The notes: generated from the letters alone by a model not told the origin. A DNA stretch of 64,000 bases from Octopus sinensis (GCF_006345805.1 NC_042997.1:139438001-139502000); one strand, 5' to 3'; numbered from the stretch's first letter, positions 28,150-42,020 are shown. Program-made: numbers and translations.

Positions 28150-30640
28150 CACCTCCAGTCAAAAACTTCTCCCGGAGCAGGACATTTTGTTTTAGCCATG
28201 TTGAACCTGAGAAAAGAAATACAAAAAAAAACTTTTAGCCATTACTCAATACCATTCTATGCTATGAACGCTGTGCGCCAACTCCCCACGTTGCTGTCAC
28301 TAACACACAATCACAAAAAAAACCTGCAACGGTCAAAACCAGGCACTACACTAGACTCCACATTTCTACTCAATGCACAAGGAGTCAGCCCTTCAATCAA
28401 TGCAGAATGGAAGATCCAATTCATTGAGGATTGAGTTGGTAACCATCCACACCACATCGCTTTCTTTATTCTTACTGAGACCCACCTTGACAACCCCCTC
28501 TTGGAAAACCGAAGTGAAAGTGAGGAATTTCACAACCATGCCTCAACAGCATTAAGAGCTTTATTCGACAGTGTCATTCTAGTAACATACTTATGATTTG
28601 GATATTTTAATCTACTCTGTGTTGATTGGTCTACAAACAGTATAAAACCAGGCACTCCCACCTCTCAACTTTAAGAATAAGTTTTTTCTTGTCCCAACTT
28701 GTACTTGCACCAACAAGATAACAGAACATTTTGAATTTAATGTTTAGTAACCTGTGGAAAGAAGGGTTTTTTCCACTGTAACATATTACAGTGGAAAAAA
28801 GCCTTCTTTCAGACCATGACATGGTTCTCTGTAACCTGAGATTCCACCAGCCGAAAGCTAATCCTAGTGACCTGTCTCCAGCCCACCCATTTGATAACAT
28901 GGATCGCTTTAATACCAACTGGGATGCAACCATGAGCGAGCTATCATATATTGACTGGTCTCCCACACACGCACACACCTTCTCCAGCATCAAAACATAT
29001 TGGCAGATCTTTGTAGACACTGTTAGAAACATATGTGCAAAACACACTCCACCAAAATCTATGAACAAAACTAAGTGTGCACAATTCCCCAAAACAGAAA
29101 AACTATTATCAGAAAAATAAAAAGAACAAACAAAAAAAATTAACAAACTAAAATACTGCCAATAGCCACACATATATTCGACGGCTATCGCCATGCTCAA
29201 GCCAAAAATATGTAACCTCCAATAATATATGAAGACCATCAACAATAACCAAAGAACAGCTGAGGAGAACTGAACCATTGAGAAAATCAAACTCAGCCCC
29301 AATGTGTTCTCTTTTGCAAAAAAACACATGGTCACTGTCTCTACTGTGATGAAAATGGCACTCTAATTGATGAAAATGGCACTCTTCAAGATAATGCCAA
29401 AACCGTGAATGAGATACTGCTGAAGCAATAATGCTGCTTTCAGCAATCCTGATATGGCCGATCTGGGCTGTATCAGTGATGTTAATCCCCAACGCATTAT
29501 ACCGGACATAACGTTTGGCGCCTCTGATGTCTTAGCGACAATAAACAAAATTAAGCACAATTCAGCAATAGGCCCTGATAGGTTCCCTGCTTGTGTCCTG
29601 AAGGTGTGTCGACACCGACTTGCATATCCTGTTGCTAATCTGTGGGGGAACTCTTTGGATGCTGGCTATACGCCCAAAACTCCTGTCTCAGTCTGTTGTC
29701 CCAGTTTTCAAAAAGAGAAACAAGTCCTTTGTAGTGAACTACCATCCGATCTCACTCACTTCTCATATCATATCATTTGACAGGGTGGTGAGATCACGAA
29801 TAACCCTGTCTCTTGAAAGCAATAGACTGCTGAACCCCAACAAATGCAGCTCCTGCATCACTTTGATGATATTTTGAAAGCTTTGGGAGAGGGCTCCATC
29901 TGCCTTGGTTTCAGCAAGGTCTTTGACAGGGTTGATCATAAGATTCTCTTGAAAAACCTATTCAGCATTGGTGTTTCTGGAAAGTTAGTACAATGGATCA
30001 AGTGTTTCCTAACAGTCAGAACCCAACACGTTGTAGTCGAAGGAGTAAAATAAAGTCCAGCCAATGTCAGTAGTGGTGTTCTACAAGGCACTGTGTTGGC
30101 CCACTTCTTTTCATCATCTAAATTAATATTACTGACATCATCAAGCACAGCAACAATAGAATCTTTGCAGATGATTCCAAGCTCCAGAAGGTTATCAATG
30201 AAGTGGGTAACCAGACATGCCTTCAGTCAGACCTACTTGCAGTCATCCAATGAGCGGAAAAGAACAGCAAAGTTGACATGGCCCGCAGAATGTGTTCCTG
30301 GGTTCTCAGAACTTTCCAGTTGAGAGATATCCACACCATTATCCTTCTCTTCTCCACTTTTGCCCGACCCCACCTTGAATACTGTTGTCTCCCCACATGA
30401 AACAAAGTATCATGAAAGTTGAAGCACCTCAAAGGTTAATTACAAAATGGATAGCTGGAATGACAGGCCTTGACTATTGGGGTCGACAAAGTTGCCGTGA
30501 GCGCTGCATCATCTGCATGATGTGGAAAATATTCCATCAGCATTAGCCAAAGGATGTTGGCATCACCTTTAAGATACACCCAATGCTTGGGCCCCATGCT
30601 ATCCGCCCACAATATAAATTACACTCGAACCATGTTGTCC
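28150..30640 (+). pseudogene. CR1/L2-group LINE ORF2 remnant (AP endonuclease plus RT)
   Basis: LNAQG, TETHL, LSDHD, SAIGPDRFP, NYHPISLTS, FSKVFDRVDH, SGVLQGTVL, FADDSKL, RPHLEYC; many frameshifts. Confidence 0.85.
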
Positions 30641-30754
30641 GAATCTTGATTTGAAATACTTTGCTAAATGGTGCTATTAAGTTAGACATGGCCTGGACCA
30701 ATAGTGACCGAAACTTGTCAAAATATCAAAGTAGATGTATATGTTTATGAATTT

Positions 30755-30945
30755 GTTTTGCAAGATTCCTGATATAAAATCGTGTTTTGAAACAGATATT
30801 GTTATATTTCAGGATGCTTACTTTTTTCTTGCAAAATAAGCAACACGCACTATAAATTCGTTCTTCAGTTGTATATCATTGTTCTTATTCTATGTCTATT
30901 GTCTGAAATCTTTCGTCACACCTCTGTGACCCCTTCAGCGACTTC
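30755..30945 (-). mobile_element. Inverted PLE pLTR with a hammerhead-like motif
   Basis: Homologous to 9870-10064; minus strand gtcg-CTGAAG(gg)-GTCAC-agaggt-GTGAC-GAAA-gatt-TC-agac at 30901-30943. Confidence 0.6.
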
Positions 30946-30997
30946 CCATCCCACGTGTCTCCTCCTGTTCTGTTTAGTCCATTTTATCTCAGAATGG

Positions 30998-31552
30998 ACT
31001 AAACAGATAGAGTGGCCATGTGAACGAGAATGGGCCCCAACTATGCGAACCTGTTCGTTGGCTACGTTGAGACCCAATTATTCTCAAGTTTCACTGGTCC
31101 CACTCCTGAACTATACGGCCGTTATATTGACGACTGTATCGGTGCGACCTCACTCTCCCGCGAACATCTAGATTCCTTCCTCTCTTTTATCAAATCTTTC
31201 CATCTTGCCTCCACTTTTCCTGCACTATTTCCGACACCTCAGTCGCCTTTCTCGATATTTCGGTCAGCATTCATAACTCCACTCTCACCACCTCCATCCA
31301 CTACAAACACACAGACTCACACTCTTACCTCAACTTTTCCTCCTCCCACCCTAAACACACCAAGCTCTCCATCCCCTATTCCTAATTCCTCCGTCTACGG
31401 AGGCTCTGCAGTGACAACCATGACTTTGAGACTCAGTCTCAACTCATGGCTCGCCACTTCATCCTACGTGAATATCCCTTCACCACAATCTACACCGCCC
31501 TTGCCAGAGCACGTTCCGTGGACCATACATCTGCTCTCTACCCCCGCACCCT
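30998..31552 (+). pseudogene. Penelope-like (Neptune-type) RT fragment
   Basis: MGPNYANLFVGYVE...YGRYIDDC; after a frameshift, VAFLDI...IHYKHTDSHSYLNFSSSHPKHTKLSIPYS*FLRLRRLCS. Confidence 0.9.
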
Positions 31553-31949
31553 AGCTTATTGGTCTCTTTGAATTTCGAGCACAGGTTGGACATCCGTCAG
31601 TCGCGCTAAACTGACGAGATACAGAAAGACAGGTAATTTTTGGTTCACCTTTTCTAGAACATTCCCAGCCTCCGATTGAACATTGCCCTCTCCCAATGGA
31701 GCTGCTCGGATACCCATGCAGCAATCCTATCGCTGTTTTGAGCGACAATGAGACGACTTTATATCTAGCATTGGCCGCCTACGTGCAGGTCGCTGACTAC
31801 ATGCTTCCAACCTGTCAGGTCTGCATGCTTCACCACCTTCCTATTGCCACAGGACTTCCGGATAAAAATAAAATAAATATATACTAAAAATAAAATAAAT
31901 ATATACTGAAAATAAAATAAATATATATATAGGAGGGGAAAGTAGCACA

Positions 31950-32478
31950 AATCGAGCAGAGATTAGCAATGGCGGAGTTTTAGGTCCAATAAGGCTTGTA
32001 CGACACCTCATAGACCCTCTCCACGTTATTGATATTATTCAGAGACAAGCCAGAGTGAGATGTCTGGTGCCAATATGAGTCACAGGCTCAGGGATGCCAT
32101 GATCTCTAGCACAAACCTAAGATCCCCAAAATGTCCAATGCCATTTCCTGCATATCTGATTTTATATCAGAGTGACCTTCGCCGAGAGACATGCTTTAAC
32201 AGAAGCTGAGGGGTGTCTCACACCCAGTGGTCTTCTAGCGCGCCGGACACCATCCCGAATTTCTGCGTACCCTTGCGATTGCTACAAAGCCATTGAGCCT
32301 GCACTAGGTTCATCTGACCTTTCAACAGGTCTCGTTCTTAATCCTGCTGGGTTTCTAGCAACCCTCCTCACCAGGGTTGCCAATTGGGGTGCCGATTTAG
32401 TGCTGACAACCCCACCATGCAACAGGTTGAACTGGTTTCCATGTTACCAGTAGCACTTGCGAGAGCCTCATAAGTGAC
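31950..32478 (-). mobile_element. RTE-type 5'UTR element, diverged subfamily, with HDV-like head
   Basis: Minus strand gtgctactggtaacatggaaaccagttcaacctgttgcatggtggggttgtcagcactaaatcgg; abuts (TG/TATG)n. Confidence 0.55.
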
Positions 32479-32633
32479 TTGATATACACACATACATATA
32501 CACACACACACACACACACACATACATACATACATACATACATACATACATACATACATGCATGCATGCATACATACATACATACATACATACATACATA
32601 CATACATACATACATACATACATACATACATAC

Positions 32634-34062
32634 GTTCAATAAAACAATGGCCCACAGTGTATTTGCAATGCCAGTACCCATACCAACATTTGGACTGATT
32701 GATTGGACGCTTGATGAGATCTGAGCCATTGATGTGAAAACCCGAAAAATACTAACAATCACACATAATTTCCACATAAATAGTGATGTAGATCGCCTCT
32801 ACCTGAAACGTAAACGAGGTGGCAGAGGCTTAATATCAATCCAAAATGCCTTTGAATGTCGTATTATATCCCTTCGACAACATCTTTTAACTACCAGTCT
32901 CGAAGTGGATCCTTTCACCAAGTTTGCATACATGAGGCTGATAACATCATCAGATTTGGAAGGCAGCTCCTTGAGCAACATTCTTCGTCTGATAACTTAG
33001 AGTACATGCCCAAAGAAGTCGCACGACTCTACCACAACGTATCATCAGATTCAAGGACGAGCTTATATGAGCTGAAGATTATGCATGGATATGTTAGTAG
33101 AAAGCTCGGAGATAATAGTAACATCGATCATCAAAGCAGTCTATCATGGACCAATAGCCGGATTGCTACCTCCCACCTTCAAGAGTATGCGTTTGTAATC
33201 TAGGAAGAGGAAATATCAATCAAATACCTGATGCACAAAAGGGATAGAAATGCAGGAAAAGCAGTGAAATGTGACAAACGATGCAGACTTTGTGGAGTCA
33301 ACACCGAAGATATCAACCACATCATAAGCAGTAGTCCGAAAATGTCATCACAGTATTATCTACCGATGAGACATGATGTTGTAGCTAGGACACTATAATG
33401 AAATCTCTCGGAAGGATAACCCTGAAGACAAAGAAATAAGAACCCACTATATGATAGAAGCCATAGCCACTCATAATAAAAAGGAATGCTGGTGAAATGT
33501 ACCAGCGAAGATCTCAATAAGATGTAAGCACAACAGACCTGATATAATGATTTGGGATAGAGAAGAGAAACAGTGCACAGTTGTGAAAATTAGCTGCCCA
33601 GCTGATGTTAACATAAATCTGAAGATCAGTGAAAAAGAGAATACCTACGCTGAACTATTGAGAAATCTGAAGTTACTCTATCCATATTACAAGTTCAGGT
33701 TTATACCTGTAATTATTGGGGCCTGGGATATGTAACACACTGCCTAAATACCAATTTTGAGAAATTAGACTTCTCGAAACCAGAAAGGAGAAAGCTAGTA
33801 CTGTAAAAATTTGTAAACCTTTCTAGAAGTTTGTCATTTAAGTATATATGAGCATGTCTAGATATGTAAGTATATGCATGAGAATACATACATAAAAAAA
33901 ACATACAAATCTGCATGTATACATATATACATGCGTACATACATACATACAAAAATACCCAGTTGTTGATGTCGAAAGTCCAATGAAGGAGCCTTGGATC
34001 TAGGTTAGAAACCGGCTCTTTCTCTATTGGCAAGAAAGAAAACTGAATAATGACATGCATAC
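32634..34062 (+). pseudogene. R4/Dong-type RLE LINE 3' half (family 1)
   Basis: IDWTLDEI..DVKTRKILT..SDVDRLYLKRKRGGRGL; MHGYV; CRLC..HIISS; KHNRPDIMIWD..ISCPAD (PD-D/ExK RLE); (CATA)n at both ends. Confidence 0.9.
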
Positions 34063-34595
34063 ATACATACAAACATAAAAGACCGGATGAAGGTCATTTG
34101 ATGCTCTAAACTTAGCCTAACAATAGACACCCCTCCATCCTACCGTTATATTATTGAAAAGCATGTAGACATAAATACTGATTGTGAAGAAAATCACTAA
34201 AAATTCAGTTTTCTTCCACCTGTGACTCTAACAATATAACCTGTTTTGAATGTTATTTATTTCACACAAAATAACACTAAACATTTATATGCAAATTATT
34301 TACTTTTAATTAGAGCAACAGAAAAAAATGCGAATTTCCAAAACTTTTATTCATTTTTTGAAACTCTTACAATTTACCAATTGCACCATGATAAATCTAT
34401 TTCTGGAATGTAATGTTGTGGTACCCACTTCCCTTTGTTCGCTAATCACTGGTTATATTGTTTAATGATTAATCTGGTCATATATTCACGATCACCAAGT
34501 TGATGTTGCCTAAATGCTAATGATTAGAAACTGGTTCTTCTTTGATAGGCAGAATTTAGTTATTTTATAAAATTAGATGAATATACATACATATA

Positions 34596-35144
34596 TGGTG
34601 GCGGCCCCCTCGTTATCGAGTATGGCCATTGCATGAAGCTTAATCAATGTTGTTATCGTGCAATGCCTGTGCAAAAAGATTTTTTTAAAGTGAGGAAAGG
34701 CTGTGCACTGAGTCAATCCCACTCACTAAGCAACAGCAGCCATAATCCGAAAAGAAGAACAAGCCAACATCATCGGCAACCACTGAGCCGCAGGTTTTAT
34801 GTCGGAGTTATCCCAGTTACCAGAGTTACCTTCTCCTAGAAGGATGCCCTAACAAAGGCTAGGAGTCCTTCACTCCAAATGGTTTAACCGCGCGATCGGG
34901 TATTCAGTCCGATTATTTCTATGTCCCCGCGCATGATACATCCTTAAGACATTTATTGGATGGCCGTTGACTCTCAAGAGTTCCTCCGCCCTTTGACGGG
35001 TTTTGTTTTTCATCCCGCAAGGTGTCCAATAAACACCCTCCTCACCAAGCAAGTTTGGTGGGGTTGCCGGTTTAGTCGCCGACGACCCGACCATGCAACA
35101 GGTTGTACTGGGTTACATGTTACCAGTAGCACTCGAAAGTGACC
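34596..35144 (-). mobile_element. ~550-bp non-coding RTE-derived element with a putative HDV-like ribozyme head
   Basis: RTE 5'UTR motif ctaggagaaggtaactctg; head fold at 35067-35144; (TATG)n on both sides in its sense; no ORF. Confidence 0.6.
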
Positions 35145-35163
35145 GGACATAAATACACATACA

Positions 35164-35194
<31 letters not shown>

Positions 35195-35204
35195 GAGAGA
35201 AAGA

Positions 35205-35395
35205 GAAAAAAATGGAATTCACAAGACCCTTTATTATTCACTTTGTTCGTTTCGATCCATCGTGCATCTGTCCCTCACGGGTGAAACGCTGCACGAATAG
35301 TCGTGATACATCATTTGGTGCACCCGCAGGGGACGGATGCACGATGAGTCGAAACGATCGTAGTGATTAATAAAGAATCTCACGAATTCCATTTT
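35205..35395. repeat. Fold-back element made of inverted PLE-like tails
   Basis: ~75-bp imperfect arms; the right arm has gtc-GAAA-CGATCG-TA-gtg..AATAAA. Confidence 0.65.
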
Positions 35396-35937
35396 CTTTA
35401 TTATTACATACATACTGTACTACGTACGTTCGAGCATGCACGTATGAGAAAAAGAAACTGACGTGCAGCCTCCAAATCCAATCTTCTGCAGGACAGTGAA
35501 AATTTGTAAAACATTCCAAAGACTCTCAATGTGAGATCCTTTAAATAAATATATGCACGCACTTGGTTGTGTGCATCTACAAACGCACAGATATAAACAG
35601 TAATCACACGCATAAACACACGTACATACGGGCACCCGCATCCAAGTACTAAAGAGATAAGTTCACACAACACAAGTGCGGTTACAAACACCAGCATATA
35701 TGCACACACTAACTCTATCGTATATTTACGAACTGCATAACAGTTTTAACTCAAAAGTCTTGTCACTTAATGAACAACTGGCTTGAAAATCTTTATATAA
35801 ATTATGCGCAAACACACCCACACATACATACATACATACATACATACATACATACATACATACATACATACATACATACATACATACATACATACATACA
35901 TACATGAAAGACCGAATAAAACTCATTTGATGCTCTA

Positions 35938-36152
35938 TCCTTTTAGCATATCCGGCCTAAATATTCTCCCTGTCCAAATATTCCACCTGTTCAAAATGGT
36001 AAGAGCTGGCCTGTTACGCCTACCCTACAATGTCATTCTAAAAATAAATCATATCATCGAAATCATGAGACTATAAGATAATGCATGATTAATTCAAAAC
36101 AATATGAATAAATAAGCTTTACGTGTGACAGAAAAATCTGAATGCTAAAGGA
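35938..36152. mobile_element. Decayed MITE with piggyBac-like termini
   Basis: ccttttagcat...atgctaaagg termini; interrupts a sequence that is uninterrupted at about 34100-34115. Confidence 0.45.
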
Positions 36153-36574
36153 CTAGACATAGCCTAACAATAGATACCCACCTCCATCCTTCCGTTATAT
36201 CATCGAAAAGCATTTAGACATAAGTAATGATTGTGAAGTTTCCTTCCACCTGTGTCTCTAACAATACAACCTGTTTTTTAATGCTATTTATTTCACACAA
36301 AATATCACTAAACATTATATGCAAATTATTTACTTCTAATTAGAGCAACAGAAAAATGTAATTGTGTGGTACCCACTTCCCTTCGTTCGCTAATCACTGG
36401 CTGTGTTGTTTAATCATTAAGTTGGTCATCATATATTCATGACTACCGAGTTGGTATTGCCTAAATTCTAATGAAAGAGCTTTGTTTCAATACTGGAAAA
36501 ATGTTCTTGTACTAAAAGTAGATAAACATACATACATACATAAAACGTAGAAACAAACATACAAACATACATAT

Positions 36575-37563
36575 AAAAACCCGAAAAATACTAACAAACA
36601 CACAATTTCCACATAAGCAGTGACGTAGAGTGCCTCTACCTAAAACGATATCTACCGATGAGACATGATGTTGTAGCTTGGACACTCTGCAATGAAATCC
36701 GTCTGAAGTATAAGCCCGAGGACAAAGAACCAAGAACCCACAATATGGTAGAACCCATAGCCACTCATAATAAAAAGGAATATTGGTAGAATGTACCAGT
36801 GAAGATTTCAATAAAATGTAAGCTCAACAGACCTGATATAATGATTTGGGATAGGGAAGAGAAACTGTGCACATTTGTGGAAATTAGCTGCCCAGTGGAT
36901 GTTAACATAAAGCTGAAGATCAGTGAAAAAGAGAACACCTATACTGAACTATTGAGAAATTTGCAGTTACTCTATTGCAAGTTCAGGTTTATATCTGTAA
37001 TTACTGGGGCCCTGGGATATGTAACACACTGCCTAAATACCAATTTTGAGAAGTTAGACTTCTCAAAACCAGAAAGGAGAAAGCTAATTCGAAGACTACA
37101 GATCCAATCCAACACTGAAACTGTAAAAATCTGTAAAACTTTCCAGAAGTTTATCATTTGGATATATATGAGCATATCCAGATTTGCAACTATATGCATG
37201 AGAATACATACATAAAACATACAAATCTGCACATACATACATACATACATACATACATACATACATACATACATACATGCATGCATGCATGCATGCATGC
37301 GTACATACATACATACATACATACATACATACATACATACATACATACATACATACATACATGCATGCATGCATACATACATCCATCCATCCATCCATAC
37401 ATACATACATACATACATACATACATACATACATACATACATACATACATACATACATACATACCGTGTTGATGTTGAAATACCAATGAAGGAGCTTTGG
37501 ATCTAGGTTAGAAACTGGTTCTTTCTCTATTGGCAAGAAATCTTGAAATAAACAGAATAATGA
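36575..37563 (+). pseudogene. R4/Dong-type LINE 3' fragment (family 1), internally deleted
   Basis: ORF 36799-37215 KCKLNRPDIMIWDREEKLCTFVEISCPVD; 3'UTR shared with 33850-34060 and containing expanded (CATA)n. Confidence 0.9.
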
Positions 37564-37588
37564 CATACATACATACATTTAAGTATAT

Positions 37589-38265
37589 ACAGTCGTCCTC
37601 AAAATTATTCATACCCTTGTTAATTTTTGCGATTTTTTTTATTTTGGTGATGAAATGAATCCATCTTGTCAAATTTGTATATGAGTTATATGTGACCAAC
37701 AAGTGAAAGAATAACAACAATACACAATTCAAGAAATTCTTCATTTCAGGGATATTTTATTCATGGATTTTCAAAAAATGCCATGTTCAAAATTATTCAT
37801 ACCCTAGGTTTACTGAGTCAAAATATCTTTCTTTAATAGTCAAAAGCACAGCTTTTATGTTTTTTATGAATGCTTTTAGACGATTCTTGTACGTGTCCAG
37901 AAGCTTCCTACTTGTCTCTAGTGAAATGTTGGACCACTCTTCCTTGACAAAAGCCTCGAGCTGAGTCAGGCTGGTTGGTTTCCTAGCCATCACTCTGGTC
38001 TTCAAGTTTCGCCACAATTTCTCGATCGGATTAAGGACAGGACTCTGACTTGGCCATTCTAATACGTTGACATCATTGTCCTTAAAGCATTTCTTCACTA
38101 CCTTGGTGGTATGTTTCAGATCATTGTCCTGCTAGTACTTCCAGTTGTGGCCAAGTTGGAGCTTCTCAGCGGATTTTTTCACGTCTTCATCAGGGATCCT
38201 GATGCAATTCTCCTTTTTCATGATTTTTTGAACCTTGATAAGGTTCCCTGTGCACTCAGCATCCC
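37589..38265 (-). mobile_element. Tc1-like (DD34E, IR/DR type) transposon, 3' part
   Basis: QDNDLKHT..VLEWPSQSPVLNPIEKLW; terminal TA-CAGT; tcaaaattattcataccct repeated at about 37599 and 37787. Confidence 0.85.
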
Positions 38266-38279
38266 ACCACCAAAAAAAA

Positions 38280-39182
38280 AAGACTATCCATGGGTATGTT
38301 GCCCGGAAGCTTGAAGAAGACAGTAGAATTGATAGGAAGTGCAGCTTCTCTTGGACACAAGACCATTACATGACATCACACTTTGAAGGCTATACCTTTG
38401 CAATCCAGGAACAGGAGATTGCCACAAAATACCTGGTGAACAAGAGAGACCGTGACGCTTTTGTAATCCCAAGATGCAACCGCATGTGTAGGCTATGTCA
38501 TGTTTCTGTGGAGGACATCACGCATGTGACTAGCAGCTGTCCTAAAATGTCATCACGGTACTACCTCCTTATGAGGCATAATGTTGTTGCTAAAACATTT
38601 TACAATGCCATCCGCAAAAAAGACTGTCCTGAAATAAACTTAGACAATCCCTCTGTTATGAAATACATTCAAAAACACAAACTCAAGGATTACTGGTGGA
38701 ATATTCCCATTAAAACTTCTATCAAATGTAAACATAACAGACCGGATATTGTTGTTTTTGGAAAGAGGGGCAAAAGTATGTAACATCATAGAGGTCAGCT
38801 GCCCTGCATATATAAATATCTCTTTGAAAATCAAAGAAAATGAGGATATCTATGGACACCTGCTTCGAAACCTCCAGCTTCAATATCCAGACTATAAATT
38901 CATATTCATACCAATAATAATTGAAGAAATAAGTTTTGTTAGTAAATGCTTAAAGGAGAACTTGAATAAACTGGGATTTTCAGAAAGAGGAACCGACCGG
39001 CTAATTCGTATATTACAAGTGCAATCTGTCAGTGGAGCAGTAAAAATATGCACGAATTTTCTCAAGTTCCAAATGTGAATTTGTCTGTTAACTGCATCCC
39101 AAAGATGGAGCCTTGTTTCTTTCTTGGAAACTGGCTCCCTCCTCGGTGGAAGATTTATAATAATTAAAAAACTAAAAGAGAC
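38280..39182 (+). pseudogene. R4/Dong-type LINE 3' fragment (family 1, diverged)
   Basis: IHGYV..FEGYTFAIQEQEIAT..CRLC..HVTSSC..RHNVVA..KHNRPDI..IEVSCP; ends at acatacatacat. Confidence 0.9.
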
Positions 39183-39299
39183 ATACATACATGCCGAGAA
39201 ACTGACGCGCATCCTCAAAGTCCAATCTATTGTAGCACAGTGAAAATTTGCAAAATATTTCGAAGATTCTTAATCTTAGATTCTTTAAATGAATATATA

Positions 39300-39950
39300 C
39301 ACATATGTAAAATTAAGTTTTATATTCGGTATTATATGCTTTACGAATTTCGTAAGAGCAACAATACAGCACATGCAAGAGAAAACAAATTTACTGTACA
39401 TCATGATGACGTGAGTGTTCGGAATGTCAACGGTGGTTTAAAAAAACTCAAAAACGGTGATTTCTTTTGTGAATGGGTATCGGTCAGGAACAATGACTAT
39501 TCTCAGTAATAACGCAGTGAAAACAACAGTTGAAGAAGATCCGCGTTAATGTATCGGAGACTTATCCCGGAGGTTTAATATACCTTGGTCCATTGTGCAA
39601 GGTTATCTTAAGCACATTGGGAAAGTGTATAGAGAAGGGAAGTGGAACCTCATAAGCTATTCCTCGAGAATAAAGTAGTGCGTTCTACAAGATAACCCAA
39701 GAAAAGATAAATTCATCTGGCTAACTCCATGCTCTGTATTACACTATCAGATTTTCATTTACTCAGATCACTTGAACACTTTACTTATGGAAAAATATTC
39801 AGAAGCAGGGATGATGTCGAAACTGAACTCCAAACATATTTTCTCTTCTGATTTCCTATCTCCACCTCACTCACGAAGAATCAAGAAATTAATTCCGAGA
39901 TGGGAAAAAATTATTACTTACAATTATATTTTGAATGAATAAAAATATTT
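39300..39950 (+). pseudogene. Heavily decayed mariner transposase
   Basis: IRYYMLYEFRKSN..QRWFKKLKNGDF; WEPHKL; LSDFHLLRSL. Confidence 0.65.
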
Positions 39951-40851
39951 ACGAGCTGAAATTCTACAGTAATGCTTGGTACTTCGCCTGTTGCTTTTGT
40001 TAAGGACGTCAGTAAGGTGTATTATTGACTCACCAACACACCTGCGTTTTTTTGTTGTTGTTGTTTTGTTTGTTTGTTTATTTTTTTAGTTTTTTCACAA
40101 ATTCTGGGTCGGCTGTGTCAGACGACACGCCTAAGGAAAACATTTTACACACCGTACAACATCCGCTTTAATAAAACTTTATCGTAAATCATTTGCAATA
40201 TTATTCTAACCGGCTTAAAGTAAATATCGCTTTTGAGATTTGAAAATAAGTGTGAGTCACCTATCTATTCTCAATCAGTAAATGTTTCTACCGAAATAAA
40301 ACCATGATTAAATGAATAGCGTGTTTGCTGACAGATCTAACCCAAGACTCCACGTTTCTCATTCAGTCACGTACATTAAATCAGTACTTTTAACCAGAAT
40401 TTTTTAATTCCTAAATAGACCCAGAACATCATCTGAAAATAATCACAATGAGTAGATAACTGATCGTAACTGTAAGTAGAGGAAACACTGTAAATTGATA
40501 AATGTTTTACAAGTTTGCAGCGATGAGTTTAAACCTCGTGGTTTATTTATTTCTTTATTACCTACAGGGGGATGCTTCAATATTTATTTCTTGGAGAGAT
40601 GGAACTTACCAGACTGAGTGAACCGCCATACGCTAATAGAAACCCATCACTCCCACCCATCTATAGCTTGTGAAACACATGCATGCTAAATATAACCCTT
40701 TTTTTTTTTTTGTATGATAAATGTTTGCAAAACGTAAGATGTAAGATTTTTATGAACTGTGGAATTCTTAAATGCATTATCAACGCAACGTAACGTAAAA
40801 TAGGTTGCAGAAATCTTACACTCCTAAGCTACAAACCTAGCGCGCTCACAC

Positions 40852-40924
<73 letters not shown>

Positions 40925-42020
40925 CTGATTTATCTATCTAAATACGTTTTTCATAGAGTATATCAATGTTTCTGCCCCAAATGCCAACAGTTACACAAAA
41001 TATGAAACAAATATTACGAGTCCCATATTTTAAATACTTTTCTGAGTGTCAGGTTTTCCCACTGTTACATGATCCATTTAATTTTCTGTGTTATTTTTTA
41101 TAACACTTCAGACGATATTAGATACTTGATTAAAATCAGAAACATACCTTTCTCTTCTCATTATTAATTCGCTGTAGCATATTCTATTGAAATCCTTTGG
41201 TACATGATCAACACACAGAAAAGAATGAATAGCGTCATTGAAGCTTTCCTAAATGATATCACAATTATATTTTGTTTATAATTTAGTCAAGAGGAAAGGG
41301 ATGTGGTAATGATCTTCATATGCCCTTGACATATTTAAGGAAAAAATTGTGGACAACATTATTACAAAGGGTTGGTTTTCTGAAGAGGAATTGATTAGCG
41401 CGGGCTCTGAGGGGAGTCACAAGGTAGGATTGATGAGAGAAGAAAAAGGTGTCGCGAATGGCTCCAGAAGGGGGCGGTATGCCACTAGCTTATTCAAAAG
41501 AATAGAAGGAGGTGTAAAAAATTAAAACAGCTGGATTTCAATCAGATTTCCCGGCCGTGAGTTTCCGGTTGTTTGATCAAATGAGTTTGCGCTGTCTGCT
41601 CATCAAATTATTGCTTGAATGCTTGAGTATTCCATAGACATACATACTGCTAACGAAACCCTCAAGTAGAATCAGATCAGCGTGACACAGAGTGTGACAA
41701 AGCTGGCACTTTGAATGACTTGCACAATTTATTCGACGGCCTTCCACACAGTTTCTGTTAACTCAATTTCCTTCACAAAGTTTGGGTCGACCCAATGCTA
41801 TAGTAAAAAAACAAAGTACTTGTTCATGATGCCACTCAGAGATATCGAATCAGGAACCTCGTGGGTGTGAAGCAAGCTTCCTATTAATCATTTGACCATG
41901 ATGTATCGACAGAAAAACCGTTGTAGTAGCAGTCGAGTAGGCCAAGTTGGGACACATTGCGTCTTTGGGTCAGAAGCTAGAATGTGTTAGTGCAAATATA
42001 AGTTCATTACGGTATTACGT

